DNA from: Spirochaetales bacterium | Lineage (GTDB): Bacteria; Spirochaetota; Spirochaetia; SZUA-6 | Direction of reading: 5' to 3' | Assembly: GCA_027021365.1 (NCBI GenBank) | Contig: JALUUM010000040.1 | Span: 23,928 to 87,927, forward strand | Length of the DNA stretch: 64,000 nucleotides | In this document: positions 57,097 to 64,000 of the stretch, one piece after another | Layout of the letters: each line of letters starts with the position of its first letter | Numbering within the stretch: position 1 is the stretch's first letter | The notes under the pieces: generated by a model | What the model was told of the DNA's origin: nothing | Databases searched by the model: none | What the model saw: only the letters and a program-made list of their open reading frames with translations | Made by a program: the position numbers and the translations under genes

Positions 57097-58617
57097 ATGG
57101 TACGGGAATCCTTATTGAAACAATATTTATATCTATGTGATAAACTAGATAAGTTAAAAACAAACAAGAATAAGATTGACTTCTTTCTCAATTGGACTAG
57201 GTCGCAATTTGAATCCAACTGTGCCTTGCTTCTCTTTTTTGAAGCTACAAATACCGGTAAGGTCAGAGGGTTGCTTCAGAGCAATGACAGTACTGTAGAA
57301 GTGTCGCTCACATTGAAGAACAAACCAATTTCTTCAACAATTCTTCTAAAGGATGACATAAGAATAGAAAGTGAAAGGGAAGTACCCCTTGATGGTACCA
57401 TTTCATTTGCATACATACCTGTCAATTCACATAGCGAAAATCCGATCGGAGCATTACTTATTGGCAGTAAAGATCCCGAGGACCTTCTGAAGGTAAATGC
57501 TTTGGAACTTAAACTCCTATCATTGAAACTCAGAGACATAATAAGTAGAGAAACCAATACAAAGAAATATGACGATAACCTCAAGGCGCTCATCCTACTC
57601 GGAGACAACTTCGAGTTACCCATTTATATTACAGATATAGAGGGACATTTTCTCTTTGCAAGCAAGTCGTTTCTCTCCTTAACCGGTTATTCAAACTTAA
57701 TTGAACTGAATTCATCGAGAGGACTGTTCAAAGATTCCCGGAAGAGAAAAGAGGAAATCGAAACAATTATAAGAAAGGGTTTTGTTAGGAATTATCCCCT
57801 TGTTCTAACAAGCCTTGACGGCTCAGAAATGGAAATAATGGATAATGCAGTTTTCCAAGAGGGAAAAATAACCGGAATATTCTTTGACATCACGGATTAT
57901 ATGAAACAGAAGAGAGAACTGTCAGAAGCCCTGGAAATGCAGGAATTCTTGAATGATCAAATATTCAATACAATAAGACTTCTCCAGAAGACCCAGGTTT
58001 CGGCCATAAAAGCTCTTGCGCGCCTTGCAGAATTCAGGGACCAGGAGACTGGCAATCATCTGCAGCGCATTTGCGAGTATACCCATGCACTCGCTTCGGA
58101 GGTTTACAGATTGAATCCTTATTCTTTCAAAATATCACGGGGATATCAGAATGATATCTATGTTTCCAGCATGTTACATGACATAGGAAAGGTTGGAATT
58201 CCAGACAGTATCCTCTTGAAACCGGGTAAGCTTACAAGGGAGGAATGGGATGTCATGAAAAAGCATACACTGTGGGGCTGGGAAACACTCGTCCAGGCAG
58301 ACAGGGAAATGGGTGAACAATCTTTCCTCACGCTTGCCGCAACAATTGCACTCAATCACCATGAACGATACGATGGTTCAGGTTATCCAAACGGATTAAG
58401 AGGCGAAGATATACCCTTGAGTGCGAGAATCACAGCAGTGGCCGACGTATATGATGCCCTGACTACGAGGCGACCATACAAGGAAGCCTGGTCTCATGAG
58501 AGGGCAACAGAAGAGCTGGTAAAACAACGAGGTTTACAATTTGACGCCGTACTGATAGATATATACCTCAGCATAGAAGATAGATTTCACGAAATACGAA
58601 CGAGGTTTCCAGACTAA
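57097..58617 (+). CDS. HD-GYP c-di-GMP phosphodiesterase with PAS-like domain
   Basis: RDQETGNHLQR, LHDIGKVGIPDSIL.KPGKL, HHERYDGSGYP, ADVYDAL..RRPYK. Confidence 0.93.
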   Translation: MVRESLLKQYLYLCDKLDKLKTNKNKIDFFLNWTRSQFESNCALLLFFEATNTGKVRGLLQSNDSTVEVSLTLKNKPISSTILLKDDIRIESEREVPLDGTISFAYIPVNSHSENPIGALLIGSKDPEDLLKVNALELKLLSLKLRDIISRETNTKKYDDNLKALILLGDNFELPIYITDIEGHFLFASKSFLSLTGYSNLIELNSSRGLFKDSRKRKEEIETIIRKGFVRNYPLVLTSLDGSEMEIMDNAVFQEGKITGIFFDITDYMKQKRELSEALEMQEFLNDQIFNTIRLLQKTQVSAIKALARLAEFRDQETGNHLQRICEYTHALASEVYRLNPYSFKISRGYQNDIYVSSMLHDIGKVGIPDSILLKPGKLTREEWDVMKKHTLWGWETLVQADREMGEQSFLTLAATIALNHHERYDGSGYPNGLRGEDIPLSARITAVADVYDALTTRRPYKEAWSHERATEELVKQRGLQFDAVLIDIYLSIEDRFHEIRTRFPD

Positions 58618-58618
58618 G

Positions 58619-59494
58619 ATGAAATCAGCCTTTGTTTCAATAATTGGAAGACCCTCTTCGGGAAAATCATCCTTTATCAATCGTGTATGTGGTTACAAGG
58701 TATCAATCGTGACACCGGTACCTCAGACTACGAGAAACAGAATAAGAGGAATATACAACGGAACGAATGTTCAGCTTGTTTTTGTTGATACGCCGGGATA
58801 TCACCTCTCGGAGAAGAAATTCAACCTTCAAATGACAAAGCTTATACAGGATTCCCTCGAGGATGTCGATATCCTACTCTATATGATAGATGTATCCAGA
58901 CAGCCAGGATCGGAAGAGAGTAGTATTGCGGATTTCGTATCGGGATTTAACGGCCCAAAGGTCGTAGTAATGAATAAGATTGATATTAAACAAAATTACC
59001 TCGAAGGACATAAGGCTTTCGTACAGACAAGATTGAAAGATGCACCCATCTTTGCGGTATCTGCCATGACAGGAGAAGGCATACCGGAACTATTGAATTA
59101 CCTGGAAGAAATAGCCCCTGAAGGAACGAGGTATTACGACGATGATATCTACACAGATCAGGAACCATCATTTCGAATAGCAGAAATTATAAGAGAAAAG
59201 GTGATACTCGAGACGCGGGAGGAAATTCCCCACTCCATATACATAGAGATTCTCGATATGGAAATGCAGGAGGAGGGCAAATCCCTCTGGGTGCGCGGAA
59301 TAATCTATACGGAAAGAGACTCTCAGGTAGGAATCATAGTGGGACATGGCGGCAACAGGATAAAGAAGATCAGAAAAGAGGCAGAGAAAGAGCTTTCAGC
59401 CATATTCCCCTACAGGGTCAAACTCGACCTTAGGGTTAAGGTAAAAAAGAAGTGGCGTCGAGATGATGCACTGTTAAAAAAACTCATCTTCTAG
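58619..59494 (+). CDS. era: GTPase Era
   Basis: GRPSSGKS, PQTTR, DTPG, NKID, EIIREK, SQVGIIVG KH domain. Confidence 0.96.
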   Translation: MKSAFVSIIGRPSSGKSSFINRVCGYKVSIVTPVPQTTRNRIRGIYNGTNVQLVFVDTPGYHLSEKKFNLQMTKLIQDSLEDVDILLYMIDVSRQPGSEESSIADFVSGFNGPKVVVMNKIDIKQNYLEGHKAFVQTRLKDAPIFAVSAMTGEGIPELLNYLEEIAPEGTRYYDDDIYTDQEPSFRIAEIIREKVILETREEIPHSIYIEILDMEMQEEGKSLWVRGIIYTERDSQVGIIVGHGGNRIKKIRKEAEKELSAIFPYRVKLDLRVKVKKKWRRDDALLKKLIF

Positions 59495-59507
59495 TAAACT
59501 ATGTGAA

Positions 59508-60326
59508 ATGACAGTAAGACTCCGAAACAATTTGCTTACGACAGGATTGGTCATAGCTTTTCTTCTCTTTTTTTCTACTTTTCTCTTCGGGTATATCATC
59601 CTCTCTATTAACGGAAATGATGCCAGAGTCGAAGAACTGAACAGGATAGTAGACTTTCATATGATAGATGATACAATCCTTCCCTCTTTCATCACCATCC
59701 AAATTCTCGTGCTTCTCGCATTAATCGTATCCATCGGTACTATCAAGTCCTATAAGAATACCGAAGCCCCCGAGTTATTCTTTTTTACCTTTTTCACCCT
59801 CTCAATTTCATTTGAATCTTTAAGACTCCTCAATGCTGTCATATTTGTCCTCGATACTCCGCTCTATGCCACTCAACTTGTCGCAAAGGCAATATACTTC
59901 GGACGTGTTTTTCGACTGATGAGCCTTTTGGCCTCTACCCTGTACCTTACCAATTTTACATACAAGAGATTCGGAACAATACTTGCCGCTTCCTTTCTCA
60001 TTGCATTTTCGCTGGCAGCATACATACCTGTCGACCCCACACTGCTTTCCAGTGACCTTAGTTACAGCCTGGGAATCAGAAACAGTCGGATTTTTTTCTC
60101 TGTTGCCATATATATACTCGTATTCTTGAACCTCCTGATTGCACTTTTTCAAAAACGTTATCCGAGATACTTATTGTTACTCACAGGAGTATTGATAATA
60201 CTTTCAGGTTCATCCCTCTATCTTCATGATGAACATTTCATCCTGACGCATTCGGGTCTGTTTCTTGTGATTCTTGGAAGTATCATTACAACACGTTCGA
60301 TAGAAAAAATATATATTCCCCTATAG
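59508..60326 (+). CDS. Hypothetical multi-pass membrane protein
   Basis: About 8 hydrophobic segments; directly follows era. Confidence 0.75.
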   Translation: MTVRLRNNLLTTGLVIAFLLFFSTFLFGYIILSINGNDARVEELNRIVDFHMIDDTILPSFITIQILVLLALIVSIGTIKSYKNTEAPELFFFTFFTLSISFESLRLLNAVIFVLDTPLYATQLVAKAIYFGRVFRLMSLLASTLYLTNFTYKRFGTILAASFLIAFSLAAYIPVDPTLLSSDLSYSLGIRNSRIFFSVAIYILVFLNLLIALFQKRYPRYLLLLTGVLIILSGSSLYLHDEHFILTHSGLFLVILGSIITTRSIEKIYIPL

Positions 60327-60387
60327 CACGATCAGGAGGATTCCACAGACCTTTTAATTTTTCAAGAAGATAACAATATAGTTACAA

Positions 60388-61056
60388 TTAAAGAAGGTAG
60401 AAGAACTTCATAGCAACGAGGCCGGTTCCCACGGGAATAATCAGATTGTCTATGTCCTTGGTAGGAAACAGCTCAAACAATGAGGTTGCCGTGGAAATTA
60501 TAAGTGAGAATAATAAATTCCCCGTGATTTTGAATGTTATAATAAAAACTGCAAGGAAACCTGCAAATGTTCCTATGTAACTCTTGCCCCCGGTAAATGG
60601 TATCTTTTTCTTTCCAAACAGGCTCCCCACCAGACTTGCGAAGCCATCACCAAAGGCCAGAGCGAAAATGGCTATACTGGAAGCAGGTTCGGGATATAGA
60701 AGAAGGCTCAGCATTGCTCCAATGCCGAGAGTGATAGGGCCGAGGACGAGCTTACCTCTATCCCTGTCTCTTATCGCAAAGAGAGTTATGTCTGTTACAA
60801 GGATGATACGCCTTCCGTTTAGACGCATTGTCTCTGCAAATGTATAGAAAACTATGCCCATACCAAGAAGTACCATCGTTGCCATAACATCATATGCGGC
60901 AAGGAACGGGACAAAGGCAATGAGCATGTGAATTGTTTTTCTTACGACTTCGTGTTGAATTCTTTCAGCATTGGTGATACTTTTTACAGGTAAGCCCAAT
61001 GCATCAATGGAAGCCTGACTATCTACCCCATACATCATATAATAAACAAGCAACAT
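60388..61056 (-). CDS. Dolichol/phytol kinase-like (CTP-dependent polyprenol/DAG kinase family)
   Basis: RKTIH, FGDGFASLVG..FG, KSYIGT, DNLIIP; exact start uncertain. Confidence 0.85.
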   Translation of the reverse strand: MLLVYYMMYGVDSQASIDALGLPVKSITNAERIQHEVVRKTIHMLIAFVPFLAAYDVMATMVLLGMGIVFYTFAETMRLNGRRIILVTDITLFAIRDRDRGKLVLGPITLGIGAMLSLLLYPEPASSIAIFALAFGDGFASLVGSLFGKKKIPFTGGKSYIGTFAGFLAVFIITFKITGNLLFSLIISTATSLFELFPTKDIDNLIIPVGTGLVAMKFFYLL

Positions 61057-61192
61057 TCATGCCATTAGTAAAATAAAAAATGATAATCTAATTACTTATG
61101 TAACTGAAAAATACAACCACACTTTTTCCAATACTTGAAAACCGTCTATTGTGGTATAGAAAATAATAACAATTTTTCAAAAAAAATGATAC

Positions 61193-61840
61193 TCAAAATG
61201 TGTTTTGCCTTTCTTTTCTTTCGGAATGCAGAGAAGCAATCTCCTCTTTCATCTTCTCCAGTTCTTCATTTATCCTCTTAAACTGTTTCCTGCTGTAAAA
61301 AAACCTCACAACGGAAATGGGCACATACGTAAGAAGGGCTATGAATAGTTTATCTACCGCCCTGTTCAGATCATTCTCGTGCTTTTCAGGATTCAATATC
61401 CCCCAAAGAGTAGCACTTAAGTCAATCCTCTTACCTTCACTTACCAGCTGACTGAATTTAACCAGAAGAAACGGAAATGCCTTTAGTAAATATACACCGG
61501 CAACAATTACCGTAGCCAGGAAAAAGTAAAAAAAGAGAGATACTTTGAAGACCATCTGTTTTCTTCTTCTTTCCACCTTCAAAAAAATAGCCATGACGAC
61601 GGCAACAATTATTGTTACGGCATCCAGAATCAAGAGACCAATCAGATCGATTCTAAAAAAAAACTTACCCTGCCAGCCTGAAAATGTAATCATCAAGAAT
61701 ATAGTGCTGGGAAGAATTATCATCAGAAATCGAATCCCTGAATCTTCTCTTAAGCCTGCTTTCTCACTCCAGAGATTATGTATCCAGACAGACCAGAATA
61801 CCGTAAGAACAGCGGTGCCTATGTAGACGGTAAGTTCCAT
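61193..61840 (-). CDS. Hypothetical membrane protein
   Basis: About 5 TM segments and a C-terminal coiled coil; ATG 61840. Confidence 0.7.
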   Translation of the reverse strand: MELTVYIGTAVLTVFWSVWIHNLWSEKAGLREDSGIRFLMIILPSTIFLMITFSGWQGKFFFRIDLIGLLILDAVTIIVAVVMAIFLKVERRRKQMVFKVSLFFYFFLATVIVAGVYLLKAFPFLLVKFSQLVSEGKRIDLSATLWGILNPEKHENDLNRAVDKLFIALLTYVPISVVRFFYSRKQFKRINEELEKMKEEIASLHSERKERQNTF

Positions 61841-61986
61841 TATGGTAATATAATAGAACAAAGAGAATTATTTTGAAAGCACTGGCATATCACTGGTGTC
61901 AATGTCACTTTTTCAATCGAAAAAATTTGCCTTATATAATAATTTTGGTATATTGACATAAAGAAATAAAATATAGGAGAAATGTA

Positions 61987-62646
61987 ATGGGATTTATCAG
62001 CGATAAAGACAAGAAAGTATTACAGGAAAGGCTGTCCAAGCTCGAAAAGCCTGTTAAGCTTGTACTCTTTACCCAGGAAATGGAGTGCCAGTTTTGTAAG
62101 GAGACCCACGAACTGGTAGAAGAAACAGGAAGTCTTTCTGACAAGATATCCGTTGAAATATATCACTTCATGAATGACAAGGAAAAAGCGGATGCATTAA
62201 AGATAGACAAGATACCCGCCATCGCTGTTCTTGGAGAAAATGATAAAGACTTCGGAATCAGGTTCTACGGGATTCCTGCAGGTTACGAGTTTATGTCTCT
62301 ACTTGAAAGCATGGAGATGGTGGCCAAAGAAGATTCAGGACTCGCACCAAATACTCGTGAAAAGCTGAAACTAATAAAGGAACCACTGGATCTCCAGGTT
62401 TTCGTAACTCCGACTTGCCCGTACTGCCCGCGTGCAGTTATACTCGCCTTCAGAATGGCAGTTGAATCGGAATTCATAACATCTTCAATGGTAGAGGCAA
62501 CGGAGTTCCCACACCTTTCTAACAAGTACGGAGTTTCAGGGGTACCCCATACGGTAATCGGGAACAGTCCCCAACCAATGGTTGGTGCCTACCCGGAACA
62601 TGCGGCACTGGAGATGATAATGGCAGCCCTTGGCCTGGAGGGTTAA
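61987..62646 (+). CDS. Protein disulfide oxidoreductase (two thioredoxin folds)
   Basis: CQFC and CPYC motifs, RFYGIPAGYEF.SL, EFP.L..KY.V.GVP; RBS AGGAG. Confidence 0.92.
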   Translation: MGFISDKDKKVLQERLSKLEKPVKLVLFTQEMECQFCKETHELVEETGSLSDKISVEIYHFMNDKEKADALKIDKIPAIAVLGENDKDFGIRFYGIPAGYEFMSLLESMEMVAKEDSGLAPNTREKLKLIKEPLDLQVFVTPTCPYCPRAVILAFRMAVESEFITSSMVEATEFPHLSNKYGVSGVPHTVIGNSPQPMVGAYPEHAALEMIMAALGLEG

Positions 62647-62704
62647 CACCAGAGGTTAACACCAAAAAAAGGCGCCGCATTACCAACAATCCGATAAGAC
62701 TTTA

Positions 62705-62733
62705 TTGACAATCCGAGAGCTAGAAAATAAAAT
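62705..62733 (+). promoter_or_regulatory. sigma70 promoter of tRNA-Val
   Basis: TTGACA 62705-10, 17 bp, TAAAAT 62728-33. Confidence 0.8.
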
Positions 62734-62784
62734 ATGTCTCGTATCAAATACTGGCCTGTACGGGAAAACCGTACGGGCCGGTTG

Positions 62785-62856
62785 GGGCGATTAACTCAGC
62801 GGGAGAGTGCTACCTTCACACGGTAGAAGTCGGCAGTTCAAATCTGCCATCGCCCA
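62785..62856 (+). tRNA. tRNA-Val (anticodon CAC), CCA not encoded
   Basis: Acceptor GGGCGAT/ATCGCCC, D arm ACTC..GAGT, anticodon arm CTACC-TTCACAC-GGTAG, T arm GGCAG-TTCAAAT-CTGCC. Confidence 0.96.
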
Positions 62857-62943
62857 TTCAAGCCAAACTGTCAATCCATAAAAGAAAAACCTTAAACCCT
62901 TCCTTAAAAACACACTATTATTAAAGAGGCTTATTAAAGGCTC

Positions 62944-62972
62944 TTGACAAAGCTATTTAATAACGTTAAACT
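62944..62972 (+). promoter_or_regulatory. sigma70 promoter of the nucleotide-sugar operon
   Basis: TTGACA 62944-49, 17 bp, TAAACT 62967-72. Confidence 0.75.
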
Positions 62973-62998
62973 GTAAAAACAAAACAAGGAGAATCTTT

Positions 62999-63910
62999 AT
63001 GGGTAAAAGAATCGTCATAACAGGTGCGGCAGGTTTTGTAGGAGGAAATATTATCAGGCAGGCAAATGAGATGGATAATTATACCTTCTTCGGCATAGAT
63101 ATATACGATATGTCTTTCAGCCAGAACAATCTGTATTCACAGGCATTCGACCTCCTGAACAGGGAAGAACTTTATGAATTTCTCGAAAAGATCAAACCCG
63201 ATGTTATAGTACACCTCGCTGCATTGTCAAATATCGATTACTGTGAAACCAACAAGGAGCAGGCGGAAAAAATCAATGTCGATATCACTCGCAACATTGT
63301 TGAGTTCTGTCAAAACTATTCTTCTCGTCTTATTTACTTTTCCTCAGACAGCATATTCGACGGGAAAAGAGGCTTGTACAGAGAAGAGGATATACCCAGG
63401 CCGCTACACTATTACGGACAAACGAAGGTGAAATCAGAAGGCATTGTCAAGGATGCTATTGATAATTTTGTTATCATTAGACCTTCTCTGATAATGGGAC
63501 TTCCAGTAGGGGAAAACGGGAACTCATTCCTTTGGCGTATGATAAAATCCATGAAGAAAGGTAATGCAGTAGCCTTCCCGAAATCTGAAATAAGAAGTCC
63601 CGTGGATGTCATTACCTTGAGCAGGGCAATTCTCGAACTTGCGAATCATGATTACACCGGCATTCTTCATATTTCCGGAAATGATGTGATTAACAGATAC
63701 GACATGGCAAAAAGAATAGCCGACAACCTAGGTTATCCTACTGAGTTAGTTATAGACAGAAAGCCTGAGATCTCATCTGGAAGAGCTCCAAGACCGAAAG
63801 ATGTGAGCCTGGACAATTCCAGGGCAAAGAAGATTCTTAAAACCCGGATGGTCGGACTGGACAGGGGAATCCAACTGGTTATAGAGAATGCGGAGGATAA
63901 AGACATATGA
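62999..63910 (+). CDS. dTDP-4-dehydrorhamnose reductase (RmlD)-family SDR
   Basis: TGAAGFVG, HLAA.SNID.CE, SSDSIFDG, YGQTK, RSP, A.RP.D.SLDN. Confidence 0.88.
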   Translation: MGKRIVITGAAGFVGGNIIRQANEMDNYTFFGIDIYDMSFSQNNLYSQAFDLLNREELYEFLEKIKPDVIVHLAALSNIDYCETNKEQAEKINVDITRNIVEFCQNYSSRLIYFSSDSIFDGKRGLYREEDIPRPLHYYGQTKVKSEGIVKDAIDNFVIIRPSLIMGLPVGENGNSFLWRMIKSMKKGNAVAFPKSEIRSPVDVITLSRAILELANHDYTGILHISGNDVINRYDMAKRIADNLGYPTELVIDRKPEISSGRAPRPKDVSLDNSRAKKILKTRMVGLDRGIQLVIENAEDKDI

Positions 63911-64000
63911 ACAAACCAGAAATCAAATACGACCTTCAGATAAAACATGGAAACATATACGGAGAAGAGGAGGAAAGAACCGTCATAGAAGTACTCAGAA
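63907..64000 (+). CDS. Probable DegT/DnrJ/EryC1/StrS aminotransferase (5' fragment)
   Basis: ATG overlaps the previous stop; MNKPEIKYDLQIKHGNIYGEEEERTVIEVLR resembles the GEEE..AV.EVL N-terminus of sugar aminotransferases; only 31 codons visible. Confidence 0.55.
   Translation, partial: MNKPEIKYDLQIKHGNIYGEEEERTVIEVLR

Noticed and set aside
62641-62664. GGTTAACACCA tandem duplication at the PDO stop codon
   Set aside because: Two copies only; most simply a local slippage duplication.
222-63948. Many short overlapping ORFs in the six-frame track (e.g. 222..410, 3610..4038, 20587..21546, 35722..36378)
   Set aside because: Antisense or alternate-frame shadows of well-supported genes with no recognisable motifs.
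62785-64000. tRNA-Val as an island integration site
   Set aside because: No integrase and no duplicated tRNA 3' end within the window; downstream sequence too short to judge.

Overview
Gene-dense bacterial chromosome segment, most likely from a free-living spirochaete (inferred from a spirochaete-style DbpA-domain protein, Bat/MoxR operon, 'GQAE'-type solute-binding protein N-terminus and several spirochaete-type hypothetical proteins), possibly thermophilic (E/K/R-rich proteins, CxxC/CxxC protein disulfide oxidoreductase). Housekeeping content includes trmB, infA, argJ, moxR-bat operon, purC, clpP, mtnP, apbE, era, tRNA-Val(CAC) and a sugar ABC system. Four things stand out. (1) 22.1-33.4 kb: a sigma-factor-less partner-switching locus (RsbW-like kinase, two STAS proteins, PP2C phosphatase, HDOD) wrapped around unknown duplicated proteins and an orphan ParA plus small partner; a short helical-hairpin motif seems to be shared by three neighbouring unknown proteins. 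(2) 44.4-49.9 kb: an integrase-less integron cassette array (six cassettes, three of them toxin-antitoxin pairs, two decaying). (3) 53.7-56.2 kb: a cysteate synthase plus cysteate acyltransferase-like gene pair, suggesting Bacteroidota-type sulfonolipid synthesis in a non-Bacteroidota host. (4) A catalytically degenerate DEAD-box 'pseudo-helicase' and a ~95-nt candidate sRNA upstream of clpP. All family assignments are by motif recognition without database searches.
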